This document shows positions 25,976 through 39,330 of a stretch of DNA of 64,000 bases, one piece after another. Numbering within the stretch: the stretch's first letter is position 1; the number at the start of each line of letters is the position of its first letter. Made by a program: the position numbers and the translations under genes. The notes beneath the pieces were generated by a model, which was not told the origin of the DNA, searched no databases, and saw nothing but the letters and a program-made list of their open reading frames with translations. Source of the DNA: Octopus vulgaris (taxonomy: Eukaryota); NCBI GenBank assembly GCA_951406725.2, contig OX597817.1:171430001-171494000 (forward strand), read 5' to 3'.

Positions 25976-26358
25976 GGACCTTTTCGGTTTGAACGGCAGT
26001 TTTTTCTAGCGGTGTCATATGAAATTGTCACCCGTAATTATGACCCTTTTAGGGTTAGGGTTGGGGGAAGGGTATCTTTTTTTTCTTCACAAATGTAAAT
26101 AAACCCAATCTATTTCTTAAACGAGGGACATATTCATATGGCACAGAATGCTTTTTAACTCAATAGACGTCATTGATTGGTTGAAATTGCAGAAATTGAA
26201 GAAAAAAACAACAAATATCTTACAAACTATAGAATTTTCTCAATAAAGCCAAGAGGAAAAGATGTTTTATAAACACATTCTACCAGTATATGAAGTTTAA
26301 AAGTGTTTAGTTACGTGGAAATTATTTTAAAAAACTGCCGTTCAAACCGAAAAGATCC
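25976..26358. mobile_element. MITE with ~30-bp TIRs and 8-bp TSD
   Basis: GGAcCTTTTCGGTTTGAACGGCAGTTTTTT / AAAAAACTGCCGTTCAAACCGAAAAGaTCC; flanks gatagttg / aatagttg. Confidence 0.8.
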
Positions 26359-26423
26359 AATAGTTGTTGAAAATAATATTGTTAACATCGACATAAACCT
26401 TTTTTCTTTATTTTTAATTATAG

Positions 26424-26519
26424 GGACAGTGCTTTGTTGCTCTGGACCCATCTGTTTTTGCTCCCGGATTCAAAGGGCGTATGTCAGATCTTCTCGGTCA
26501 TTTAAGGAACATGGATCCT
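26424..26519 (+). CDS. Ldh_2-family oxidoreductase exon
   Basis: attatag|GQCFVALDPSVFAPGFKGRMSDLLGHLRNMDP|GTAAGA; 96 nt. Confidence 0.94.
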
Positions 26520-27854
26520 GTAAGACTTTATTTTATTTTTGTGTTATTTTGTATTTGTATGTGTGCTGTGTATGTATGTAGCATTTGGATCTATCAGGGT
26601 CCCAGTAATGGGTTAATTAACATATTAGGGCTACGTGATGACTGGATCTGGCAGACTCTGTGGAAGAACCTTCATGGTTTACTTGAGAGGGAGGTTAGCT
26701 GCTGCAACAAACTGTAGAGTTTAGAGAGAAAGTTGGAGCAAATAAGACATCTTGGCCATTCACTGAATCCGTCTCCATCCCTATTTGTCTTGATCTGGTC
26801 TTGTCACTGGATTGAAGATGGTCACAGATGAAAGAGTGAAGTTGATGGTGTTCAACTACGCATCATATTGATGAATAGTTAGCTCAATGGTAAGAGTGTT
26901 GGACTCACAATCATGAGGTAGTGAGTTTGATTCCCGGACGAGATTGTGTATTGGGTTCTTGAGCAAGATACTTTATCTCACATTGCTCCAGTTCACTTAG
27001 CTGTAGAAATGTGTTGCGATATCACTGGTGCCAAGCAATATCAACCTTTTCCTTTCCTTTGGATAACATTGGTGGCGTGGAGACGGAAGGCTGGTATGCA
27101 TGGGTGACTGCTGGTCTTCTATAAACAACCTTGTCCAGACTTGTGCCTCAAAGAGTAACTTTCTAGATGCATCTAAGGGGTTCTTTACCTTTTACATTTT
27201 ATCCATCATTTTAAAGTCAGCAAGCAAGTCATTAGTCATCCTGAAGGATGACCAGACGATTCTCATCGCTCCGACAGACGAACATGGGTGTGTGTGTGTG
27301 TGTGTGTGTGTACAACGGTTAAGCCATTAAGGAGGCCTGATTCTGTTTTCAATTTTTCCTTGATATGAACACGATCTTTGGAAATCACTCGAGGACACAT
27401 CGAAGTTTATGAAAAAATATTTGAAGCAGAATATGCTGTCAAGAAGAGGAATTTAAAATGTTTTCTTTTTCCTCGCTTAAAATATATTCGGACACCAAGC
27501 ATGAATAAATGCAATTTGTTAAATTCTAGTCTCGCATTCGAAAGAGAAACATTATGTAAGGGAAGTAACTACGTACGCGTTAATAGTTATCTACCCTTTA
27601 TGCATTTATTTTGATGTTTTCAAGTTTGAGATTTTTTTTTCGTAGAAAGACAACTGTTTTTGTTAGATTAGTTTAATTGTTTTGTTGATGCTAATTTAAT
27701 TAAATTCAATCAGTTTAGTTCAAATATCTATAGTGATGACTCTTCGTTTTGTGACTCCTTGGTAGTTTGATTCTGGTCAAAAGAAATGGTTGTTTGACAG
27801 TTTCTGTCAGCATTTGTTGGTTTTTAACATCAGTAAACATCGCAAATTTGATGA

Positions 27855-27919
27855 GAGGGAACAGTCAATTAAATTGAGGGAACAGTCAATTAAATTGAGG
27901 GAACAGTCAATTAAATTGA
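27855..27919 (+). repeat. 3x 21-bp tandem repeat GAGGGAACAGTCAATTAAATT
   Basis: Three perfect copies, directly visible. Confidence 0.9.
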
Positions 27920-28743
27920 CACCCATTTGGCTTGATACTTATTCTACTGAATGCAAAAAGAAATGTGTTAGAACAGTTTCGCGCCGCATCTAAGAGTTTC
28001 GTTTTTCGTTTGACATGTGACAATTTCAGTTTTTTGCACTTTCATTTCTGACGTTTTACTTTCGCTTTCCCCTCAAACTACGATTTGACAGCATCTGTGG
28101 ATGATCGAACTGTTAGGAATAACAGACATATCTTCATCAACGAATCATAAGGATCAATTTACCCTTTTTTAAAAAAATATTATTGTCATTAATTTTCAGC
28201 AAAATTAAATAAAACACAAACTATACTTTCGAATGTTTTACAAAGTTCTGCTCTTTTTTGAGTCGATATAACAGACTTTATCCACAACTCTTTAGTATTA
28301 TCATTCACTGAGGTTCCTACCATAATTTTCGAACTAAGTGATCCCTGCCTATGTATCAGGCTTTGTACAATTTGCTGAATTATACACCAGACTGAAAGAA
28401 TGGTTTTGGTTGAAAGTACTTTTCTAGTTGGTCGCCACTCTTTTTTTATTCCTTAAAAAGTATTTTACTTGTAAGTTCGTTTCGTCACTCTATGTAACTA
28501 TTTATTGAAATGGGTATTAAATAAAAGCGAAAGTTAAAAAGAAAATGCGGAATTGTTGTGGCGAAAAACGAAACGTTCCAAAACCGATTATGTGTTGGGC
28601 ACAACTACACAGACGTCACAAAAATAACAACAAAGAAAAAAAAACCAATGCTATAAATCAGTTTATCTGGCGCCCAACTGATTCTTCCAATTGTTATTAA
28701 CACTAATGTTGATTCATTTATTTAATTATTTTGTTAATTCTAG

Positions 28744-28854
28744 TCGGAGGAAGGTAATCCTGTATTAGTTGCTGGAGATCCAGAGAGGCAACATGAACAA
28801 AAATGTGATAAACTGGGTGGAATTCCTTACCACCCGAATCAGATAACATTTGCT
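28744..28854 (+). CDS. Ldh_2-family oxidoreductase exon
   Basis: ttctag|SEEGNPVLVAGDPERQHEQKCDKLGGIPYHPNQITFA|GTAAGT; VLVxGDPE motif; 111 nt. Confidence 0.94.
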
Positions 28855-29175
28855 GTAAGTGACCGAGAGGTTTCTTTTAATTTTTAATATTTTTTCTTTT
28901 AACTTCAAATTTGTCTTTTAAAATCTTTCATAAGTCTGTATATTTATCTGTTTGCATGCGATATAGATACAAAGAAAGTGTAGTGTCTTCATTATTGATT
29001 TCCAATCTCAACAATAAATATGAAACTCCTTAGAGAGGACCTATGTTTAACTATTTCATCTACACAGTCTTCCCAAATGCTCTTCGTGTTGTGATCTTTG
29101 CAATTATACATATATATTACTCCAATTGAAGGACGAACTTGCTTTCAACCTAATATATAGATGTACGTATGTATA

Positions 29176-29587
29176 GGCGCAGGAGTGGCTGTGTGGTAAG
29201 TAGCTTGTTTACCAACCACATGGTTCCGGGTTTAGTCCCATTGCGTGGCACCTTGGGCAAGTGTCTTCTACTATAGCCTCGGGCCGACCAAAGCCTTGTG
29301 AGTGGATTTGGTAGACGGAAAGTGAAAGAAGCCCGTCGAATATATGTATATATATATATATATATATATGCGTGTATGTGTTTGTGTGTCTGTGTGTCAA
29401 GCATTGCTTGACAACCGATGCTGGTGTGTTTATGTCCCCGTCACTTAGCGGTTTGGCAAAAGAGACCGATAGAATAAGTACTGGGCTTACAAAAGAATAA
29501 GTCCCGGGGTCGATTTTTTCGATTAAAGGCGGTGCTCCAGCATGGCCGCAGTCAAATGACTGAAACAAGTAAAAGAGTAAAGAGTAA
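29176..29587 (+). mobile_element. SINE family A, full length
   Basis: GGCGCAGGAGTGG head to AAGAGTAAAGAGTAA tail. Confidence 0.85.
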
Positions 29588-30386
29588 CAGTATGTATCTG
29601 CAGGGCTGAAAATGGAACCAACACAATCCGGGAGAATACAAAAATGGATGTAGGTATACCAATTAAGCGAAACGAATATGTAAATGCGTGGAAGCTCCTA
29701 TATTAAATGGAAATAGATTAATTCAGTATCCTCTTTTGTAATTTTTTTCAAATTTATTTTTTATAATTTTGGGGGAATCTTTCCAGTTTTGGCTTTTCTT
29801 CGGTATTCATAGACGACATCATTCACCTATACTTGACTTCCCGACACAGAGGCTAGGGTAAAAAGGTGGGTGAATGACATCGTCCCCACATACTGACCCT
29901 TTGCTTACCTATACCGAAGGATCGCCTGTCTTCCTATTTTATGTTCTGAGGTTAACTTCATTTATTATTTTGAGGTCGATGTAATGTCATGCCCTCTCCC
30001 TCTAATTGTTGGCCTTCTGCTAAAATTATAAATTAATGTTACTGTTGCTATTGTTTATGGTTGTGTATTTTACTGGTCATTCTTTGATGTAAGAGTGTTT
30101 ACGTTACAACAACTTTGTAAGGCGTGTATACAAATGTAGCAGTATTTTATTTAAGAAAAAGTTAATACTTAATTTATCGATCCCGAAAAGACAAAAAGGA
30201 AATGTCAACCTCGGTAGATTTTGAATTCAGAATTTAAAGACGGACGAAATGCCGCTAAGCACTTTGCCCAGCGTGCTAACGGTTCTCCAAGCCTAACAAT
30301 TATTTAAGCAATGATTCATAAACATTTACAGGTAAATTTTTATATTATCACCCGCACGATTTTCACTAAGAAAAATTAATCCATTT

Positions 30387-30662
30387 ACATATTCGTTCCG
30401 CTTATTCAGGATACCTATTTCTTTATTGCCCACAAGGGGCTAAACATAGAGGGGACAAACAAGGACAGACATATTTGTTCCGCTTATTCAGGATACCTAT
30501 TTCTTTATTGCCCACAAGGGGCTAAACATAGAGGGGACAAACAAGGACAGACATATTCGTTCCGCTTATTCAGGATACCTATTTCTTTATTGCCCACAAG
30601 GGGCTAAACATAGAGGGGACAAACAAGGACAGACATATTCGTTCCGCTTATTCAAGATACCT
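30387..30662. repeat. 3.4x 82-bp tandem repeat built from a SINE-B 3' end plus flank
   Basis: Units start at 30387, 30469, 30551 and 30633. Confidence 0.9.
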
Positions 30663-31056
30663 AAGAGTGTAACTACGAAGGGAAGTAACTATAAACGTTA
30701 ATATTTATGACTGTAGTCATAAATACCTTAGCTAACAATGATATAAACTGACTAATGACTGAGGTTATTTGAGCTCAGTTTAGCTTTGTAATGTCTCCCC
30801 TCTTTTTCAGATCTCATCTCCTGAATATAGCCTTTATCCACCTTTCTGCTGCATTCACTCTGGAATTTCTGAGGCTTACCATGGCTCAGCAATTCCAGGA
30901 TAGCTGTTCCACTGCCCTACTATTTGTACTGCCAGGAATGCGCTTTAGCTAACAATGATAACTTTTCATATCTGAACTGAATATGAATGACAGTATCTGA
31001 TGAAATCTCTGTACAAAAATTTTTATTATTTTTTCACTCAGGTTTTTGTTCATTAA

Positions 31057-31272
31057 CTGTTTAGCATTTAAACTGGCCATATCCACCCAAAATAACTTGT
31101 TTGATGTTAAGACAGGCCAGATAAAGCCTGTCACCACATTCCTATAAAGTCTTTGTGAAACTAAACAATCACATCATTGAAATCTCAAAGCGACAAGATT
31201 ATGTATGATTAATCCAAGACAATATAAATAAACAAACATTATATTTGACAGAGTAATCTAAATACTAAAGGG
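31057..31272. mobile_element. piggyBac-like MITE, second copy
   Basis: Flanked by TTAA; diverged reverse complement of 3793-4011. Confidence 0.7.
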
Positions 31273-31994
31273 TTAAATCATGATGATTCTTATAAGTTGA
31301 TTTAAAAAAAAAATTAAGCGTATTGTTGTCATTAAAGCATCAGGCAAAATGTTAAACAACTGTAGTGAGATCTAGAATCAAACCTATATTTCTTGGTTGC
31401 TAGGCCAGTGCCACACATAGACCACATTTTTGTTATGCAGTCTGTCCTGATTATCAACCAACCAGCTTACACCTTTATCATGCCATATTACAAACATCAC
31501 CTGCAGTGTTGTTGAATTTCTTGTGCTTTTCTTAGTATTTAAAGCACATTCATGTCAAGAACAACCACAACCACCCCAGAACACATATCTTCATCTCACA
31601 CTGAGTAATACCAAGTTTACCTTTGGTGAGTCCAGCTAGAAATGAAAGGAATTCTTCTTCATAATTGCAGACCAACTCGTACCTGTTTCTCAAACCTTAC
31701 TAGTTATTACAATGTATAAATGTTACACTGAAGCTTCATTTCTAATCTCCTACATCACTACCTGCAGTCATTAGAAGTTTATATTCCATTGTTCTCCTGT
31801 TCATTAAATCTTATAATAAAAATGTACTACTATGTTCACATCTGTTAATTGTGATACAACACAGCTGAAACATTACAAATAAATATTCACCAGTGAATCT
31901 CTGAATATGGTAATGAACATAACCTTTATGGCACAGCACAATATTTCTTTCAGCCCTCTACTTCTAATTTCAAATCCTGCTAAAGTACATTAAA

Positions 31995-32388
31995 TCTCTC
32001 CATATATAAAGCTGAAGTTGTCTGTGTATGGCAGGTTTGGTAGCCTTCAACTAACACTATCTCCTCCCAGACCCTGCTGTGCATGTTGACCAAAATTGAG
32101 AGTATGATAGAAAAAGGCTTGCTCTTCCTTCCGTAGAAGAAAAAATTCAAATTGGACCATGTTAACACCAAAAATTATTTACAACAAAAAGGTGCTTTTT
32201 TTTCTATGAAAATCCATATTTTTTACGATTTTTTTTACTGCTGTGTTGCCATTTTTCGGTGTATTTCAATCAGAAAAATGTTCACTTGAAGAGAATAACA
32301 AGCTAAATAATGCAAAATTTTTACTTTCCAAAAATTCTAATTCTAAAGGGTCGAAACAAACCCAAGCAATGCCGGGCGATACTGCTAG
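31995..32388 (+). mobile_element. Non-autonomous Helitron
   Basis: A|TCTCTCCATATATAAAG...CAAACCCaAGCAAtGCCGGGCGATACTGCTAG|T; same 3' end as 1904-2419. Confidence 0.75.
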
Positions 32389-33193
32389 TCTTATAATAAA
32401 AATATACTAGTTTGTTCGTGTCTGTTCATTGTGATATAACACAGCTGATACATTACTAATAAATATTCACCAGTGAATCTCTGAATCTGGTAATGAACAT
32501 AACTTTTACAGCACAGCACAATATTTCTTCCTGACCTCTACTTCTAATTTCAAGTCCTGCTAAAGTACAAATCAAGTACTAAGGCCCTGAGGTCAGTGGT
32601 ATTGACTATCCCTCTTCCTTCAAAGTTGTTGACCTTGTACTTAAATCCAAAACCATATGGTATCAGATTTGTCTTTTACACTTCTTGTCCAGTTGCTGCT
32701 GCTTTTCTTAGTGAAGATTCTCTTAATTGTTTTGGTATCAACTCATCTGAAACCCTAACCCTAACCTTGGTTCTATGATACAAACTTCCAGATTGAAAGT
32801 GACCTAAATCAAAATCCTCCATCAAAATTCCATGCTAACTTGTATTACAAATACTGGCCTAATAACAACAAAGTTATTCCATAAAAATTTTTCATCATTA
32901 ACAAAATTAATTGAACGTGGGCTGCATATCTCACCAGAAATATGGTAAGAAAAGTGTTGATAACAATCCCTAATTTGACTTCTCCTTTTAACTCTTATGT
33001 TTTATGCTTACAAAACATTGGAAATTTATTCTATTACTTTCATGTTTTCATACTGGGAAAATAAAAACATTTTATGTTGGTGCTGAAAACTAAAATTAGT
33101 TTAGTAGATTCTGAAGTTTGCAAAAGACTACTCCTTACATATTTTTTCCAAAAATTGATGTTTTATTTATTTATTTATTTATTTATTATTTAT

Positions 33194-33246
<53 letters not shown>

Positions 33247-33263
33247 TGTTGTTGTTGTTTCAG

Positions 33264-33314
33264 GAAAGGTTGGCTGATCAGCTTAAGATTGCTCCAATGA
33301 AACCAAAAGCCTAA
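33264..33314 (+). CDS. Ldh_2-family oxidoreductase terminal coding exon
   Basis: gtttcag|ERLADQLKIAPMKPKA*; stop TAA at 33312-33314. The 12 exons total 959 nt and splice without a frameshift. Confidence 0.85.
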   Translation, partial: ERLADQLKIAPMKPKA

Positions 33315-33401
33315 TCCAAGAAGAAGAAAAAAATCTTCTCTCTATTTCTACAAACATCGAATTAGATTGACCAGAATTAATCTTTTGATAAATATTTTTT
33401 T

Positions 33402-33407
33402 AATAAA
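33402..33407 (+). promoter_or_regulatory. Probable polyadenylation signal of the Ldh_2 gene
   Basis: AATAAA ~90 nt after the stop, followed by T/GT-rich sequence. Confidence 0.55.
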
Positions 33408-33699
33408 TTCTTTTGATAAGTGAATTTTATTCATTTCTGTTTTATATCTGCTTGTAAACATTTTGTTTAGATGTGCAGTTTAACCGTATGGTTCTGGTTC
33501 AATCACACTGTATGGCACCCTAAGCGAGTGTCTTCTACCTTGGCAGAAAATTAGGGCCTATGAGAGAGAGAGGTACAAGGAAGACATCGTACCTAGGTCT
33601 GAGAATTTACTGTTATCTTAGAAAATGTCAGCCTATTTTGTAGACTTGTATTCATATTTTGAAGGAGGCTTGAAAGAAACTAGTAATTAATAAAATTTC

Positions 33700-35184
33700 T
33701 CTTTGATAATCAATGTCTTGTGCATGAAATTTGGTAGATACATACATACACATGCATCAAATCACGTCAAGGGTAAAGAAGATGCTTTAGAGAAAGGCAT
33801 GAAATTACTAGAAAGAAGAATAACTATGGAAATAACTATTGTACAATTGATTAGGATGAGAAGTAGCAGTTTGGCTTTGTGCCACAAAGTAGCACTATTA
33901 ATACCATTATCCTATGTAGTACCTCTGAAGGAGACTTATCTACATAAGATTAAACCCCTATACCCAGCATATGTGAAGCTGGAGAAAGCCTTTGATAGTT
34001 TGCACATTCTATAACCAGATGGCTCCAAAGGAAATTAAGGGTAGCTGAAGGGTTTATGAGGATTATATCAGCTATGTATGTAGGTGTAGTTCTAAAATGC
34101 ATCAGCTGTAAGTTCAGGGAACATTAGGGTTCAGTTCTCAACCCCACTCTGTTTATTATTCTTAGGGCCATAACAGGGATTCAAGAATGGCTGTATATAG
34201 TAATTCCTTCTTGTATGCTGATGACCTGGTTCTTGTGGGTAAATCTGAAACAGACTGAGAGAAAGAAATTCCTGACATGAAAGCAAAACATAGACTTGAG
34301 AGAACCTCAAACTTAGCAATGGCTAAGGTATTAGTAGGGAAGAAGACCATCATGGAAGAAGGAAGAAAAATCAATATAGTATGGTCACCATAAACTATGG
34401 CCGCACAAGAAGTGTAGTGGGATTATTGATATGATAACAGAGAAGATAGATTTCACTGTTGTAAATACGCTATGAAATCTACTTCCAGTACACAGGCAGT
34501 CAGCAGTAAGATTACACACAAAATAGATTCTTTCATATGTCTGGAAGGCTTCCCAGTAGTCGATTGACCTTTGTTTCCTTAGATTGCTTAACTAGCAATG
34601 GAGGTGGGTGCTCTGAAAGAATAGGGTGAAAAAATTTCAAGAAGCTTCTGCCTTTGCAAATAAAGGATTTGTCTCTCTCAGAGCGAAGGCAGGTTGTATA
34701 TGATCAGCCATCTCTACTAATAATTAAGTCACCTTGATAAAAAAGAAAAGAAAAAAGTCCTGTCAACAACTGGTAGGGAGTCTTTCAGGTATTTGGAAGA
34801 ATCTTTGCCATTTGTGCTTTTATTGCTGATGACTCTTGTGCAGTGCTATGCGGTAACAAGACATGAGCCTTGCATGCTGAGGATGTGCAAAGATTGGAAA
34901 GAAAGGAAGTGAGTATGTTCTAATGAATGTGTAATGTTAGTTAACATGAATAATAGAAGACAAAAGTGAATTGAGAGAAAGACTGGATACAAGAGGAGTC
35001 AGATGTAGAATGTAAGAACAGAGAAGACGGTTCTAGTATAGTTGTGATGTGTGCAGGAGGGTGTTTGTGTGAAGTGGCGAGCTGGCAGAATCGTTAGCAC
35101 GTCGGGTGAAATGCTTAGCAGTGTTTCATTTGCCGTTACGTTCCGAGTTCAAATTCTGCCGAGGTCGACTTTGCCTTTCATCCT

Positions 35185-35216
<32 letters not shown>

Positions 35217-35600
35217 TTAGCATCCGTTTTCCATGCTAGCATGGGTTGGACGGTTTAACTGGGGTCTGTGAAGCCGGAAGGCTTCATCAGGCCCAGTCAG
35301 ATTTGGCAGTGTTTCTACAGCTGGATGCCCTTCCTAATGCCAACCACTCCGCGAGTGTAGTGGGTGTTTTTTACGTGCCACCTGCACAGGTGCCAGACAG
35401 GTCAATAAATTAAGTACCAGTTACTTGTTTGTCCTTTCTGTGTTTAGCCCCTTGTGGGTAGTAAAGAAATAGGTGTTTGTGTAAAGTGCTGGGTGGGGGC
35501 AGGAGTTGAGGCTGTTGAAGACTTAGGAAGACATCTCAAGAAGCTAAACCTCAGCAGAATGATGACAAAGGACTGAGAAACAGGGCTTGAGAACAGCTGT
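33700..35600 (+). pseudogene. Highly degenerate RTE-type LINE reverse transcriptase, interrupted by SINE B / family C at 35075-35474
   Basis: Remnants KPLYPAYVKLEKAFD (~33950) and LLYADDLVL (~34210); many stops and frameshifts. Confidence 0.7.
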
Positions 35601-36389
35601 CTAAAGTATGATGAAACAAGCCATCTAACAGAAATTACAATTTATCCTTTTATTAGAATCAAGGGTTCACATATTGTTATATTTCTGCTTAATGTTAGCT
35701 ACCGTTCATTGTTATTGAAAAGGATTCATCTCAAAGTAATTGTAAGTGGCTACCATTTGCTTGAAACTCAGTAAATATTTGTCATTAACATGTTTATATT
35801 TTGTTTCTGAAACCATTTCTTTCACTCTCTTTGTCCTCTTTTTCTACTTCTCCATTCTTCTATCTCCCTTTTGCCATTTTTCTTTCTCCCCTTTTGCTAT
35901 CTTTCCCATTCTCTCTCCACTTTCCTTCTATCTCTCTCTATTTTCTTTTTTCTCTCTCTTCTGTTTTCTGTCTGATATTTCTTCTGCCCTAGAATACTGC
36001 CTTTCCTTTTCTAATGATGCTCTTATCCACATGTACTCTCTCTCTCTCTCTTTTCAGACTCATTCATACTTGAGGTCAATTCATTAGGAATTGCCTCCAT
36101 CACTTTTTCTCTTCAAAGGGCTTATGACTGAAATTAACTATTTTCATATAGCAATTACCTCTTCATGACTTGTCTATATTCATGACACTGGACACTGAGT
36201 TAATTCTCTTTGCTCATTATCATCTAAATTATTCAAATTACTGGAGACCAAGTGCCTTCTTGTCTCTAAACAATCAAAACACTTAATCCAGAGAATCTTT
36301 TGGTTTTGAGATTATCTCCCTTACTCATTTCTAGTCTCTTGCAATTTCGTCAAAGCTGTTTAATCTTCTCTTGAATGGAAGATTTAATC

Positions 36390-36760
36390 TCAAGAAATTA
36401 AGAATGGAAAAAAAATCCATGATAGCAATTTCGTTGCAGGAACATATCCGAAACGAAGTAATCCGAAAATGAAGTGGCGTGAACAGTATGAAAACACAAG
36501 TTCTGTTATATTTGACATGTCAGAAAGCTCACAGCCTAAGAACCATGCAGTTGTTGGGTGGTATCCAAGAGATGGAAGAAAACCATTCAGAAGACCTCCA
36601 AAGCGATGGAAAGATAAGATAGTAAAAAAAAAAAAAAAAAAATTCGGGCCGAATCGAAGAAAAAAAACGCAATCATGGAAGCACATTTTGACGAGCGATG
36701 TTTCACATCTGATAGTCTAATTGACAGAGCGACACATGCTTAAAAGGTGTGGCAATCTTT
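36390..36760 (+). mobile_element. RTE-like LINE C-terminal fragment
   Basis: AVVGWYPRDGRKPFRRPPKRWKDKI matches the RTE 'W.P...R..GRP..RW.D' terminal motif. Confidence 0.55.
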
Positions 36761-39194
36761 CGTCTCTAGTAGACCTTTCCGTCGATTTCCGGGCTTGCGG
36801 GAACTTCTGAAGTAATGAGAGCGAAAGAGACTAAGAGAAAGCGATTGTATGACGATGGAAGTTCTTTTGAAGTTACCGTGCATGTATTGATGTACATGTG
36901 TGTGTGTGTGTGTGTGTGTTTGATGGGGTGTGGGAGACAGACAGTATGTTGTGTAAGTGAAGTGCTTCTGTTAGTGTGTGTGAAGAGACAGAGAGAGTAA
37001 TGTGTGAAAGAAAGAGATAACTGAAATTTTTACTCGGTGTATGTGTATATGTATGTATATTACTTCAAAAGTTCCCGCAAGCCCATTTGTAAAAACAAAA
37101 ACAAAATTTACGGAAATCGACGGAAAGGTCTACTAGAGACGAAAGATCGCCAAAAGTGTTTACACACACACATAACACGTACGCAGTTTTTTGTTACAGA
37201 CTTTGGCAAAATAACGATTCAGAGATTGAAATAAATAGAGAGAGAGAGGGGGGAGGTGGATTAAAGGGGGATAACTCTAAAATACATCAACCCAGAAGCA
37301 ATTATTATTAAAAGAGAAGCAAGTGCGAGACACTTAATAAAACAAGTTGTTTTAATATCTAAACAGTGGGAGGTATTCTCAGTAATAATAATAATAAGGC
37401 GAGCTACTGTTTGCTTGCTTGAAATGTCAAGAAAACATTGCAAGTTAATTGTGTATCGAAGAGACTCAAACCAGCTGGTAAGAAAGCAACAAATTACTCA
37501 CTTTACAAACTGAAGTAGTGAATAATTTCCCCGTAATTACATCAAGGAAAAAGGCTGCGAGGTGGCAGAATCGTTAGTACGCCGGACAAAAATGCTTAGC
37601 AGCATTTCGACCGTTGTTTCTAAGTTCAAATTTTGCCCAGGTTGGCTGTGCCTTTTATCCTTTCGGGGTCGAGTCAATAAGTATCAGTTGAGCCCTGTGG
37701 TCAACATGACCGACGTATCCCCTCCCCCTAAATTGCTGGCCCAGTGCCAAAACTCGAAATCAATTACATAAAAGGAAGCTATATAGTAAACTTATATTCA
37801 CTTTTTATTTATTTTGCGAGATATCAAAACCTTCGTCTTATTGTGAGTGACCAGTTGCATCGATGCAATAACAAATTTAGGGGCTAATGCAGTTTCGCAC
37901 CTCTCCTTGAAAAATGCATTTTTTTGAAAAAAAAACTTTTCGGATTCCTTCGTTTTAGGTGTCGGGGATAACGAATATGCAAAAAAAAAAAAAAAGAAAA
38001 AAAAATTTAATTTCACCCCCACCTTTTCTCACCCCAATTAAAATTTTTGATTTTGTTTACTTTAAAGAGATCGTAGCGAATTGACGAACATATGCAAATC
38101 AAAATTAAATCCAGACAAAAACATTAACGGGAAAAGAATTTGCGTTTCACTTGTGTTTGCCTTAAATAATCGTAAATGATATTTTAATGTAAATTAAATA
38201 TACACCGGTTTATGAGAAACAAACAATGTTTAATAATTCATGTTAGAAAGTTTAATAAGGGGCTCAGATTTCACCCCCTCCCCAATTTTAAATTTTGAAC
38301 TTTTTCCTCTGTGTATTTATGTATCTGTCTATCTAGTTATCCTCATCTGTTTATTTATAAAATATATTTCGTCAACTAAATGTGGAGGTCCTATAGAAGA
38401 CGGTGTTACTGTTATTTTTAACCCCAGGAAGACATTCGTATTTATCTCTTTATACACAATATCTATATGCTTATTGAATTTAAAATTTTGAAAACGTGGT
38501 TTCTTGTCTATTCGGAATCTCCGTCATCTAAAACATTGGGTAAAAAAAAAAAAAAAAATTCGAAAAAGTTCTAAATTTTAAATTTGGTTAGGTGAAATTA
38601 AAAAAAAAATTTTTTTGCATAATCGTAATCTCCGACATCTAAAACGTATGCATTTTTCAAAGCCCACAATTCTTGAAAGAATTACTCTTTCCACTTTCCA
38701 AAATCGTATGGCATTCACCCAGCTGTGCAGCTATTTGATGTGCAAAATGTCTCTGTTCATTACCTGGTCTTCAAGTTCTCCTAGCTTCCAAACTGCAAAC
38801 AATCGTTTTGCTCTCTTGCTAAAAGAATCTCCATTTCTTCTAGATAATGATGTCTATGTAGGCAATGACACAATGGGAAAAGGCTCCACCTTTGCTGTCT
38901 CCTTAGCATCCAGCTCCACCGTAGGCACCCCTGGCCAATCCCATCCAAATCTACCCCATTCCACTTTTCACCAGATACCCCACATATGCATACATGCTGC
39001 TGTTCAGATTTCAAAAGGATATCCTTTTATTTTTTTCACTTGTTTCAGTCATTAGACTGTGGCCATGTTGGGGCACCATCTTGAAGGACTTTTAGTTGAC
39101 TGTATTGACCCTAGTATTTATTCTATCAGTCTCTTTTGCTGAACTGCTCAGCTATGGGGACATTAACAAACCAGTACCAGTTTATATGTATATG

Positions 39195-39263
<69 letters not shown>

Positions 39264-39296
39264 ATTTATGTGTATATATATGTATTTATGTGTGTG

Positions 39297-39330
<34 letters not shown>

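Noticed and set aside
30387-30662. CRISPR-like repeat/spacer periodicity (also 27855-27919)
   Set aside because: The 'spacers' are identical SINE tails, the context is eukaryotic and there are no cas genes.
38764-38860. Possible minus-strand micro-exon (tag|TSLSRRNGDSFSKRAKRLFAVWKLGELEDQ|gtaatg)
   Set aside because: Weak acceptor, no recognisable protein similarity and no partner exons.
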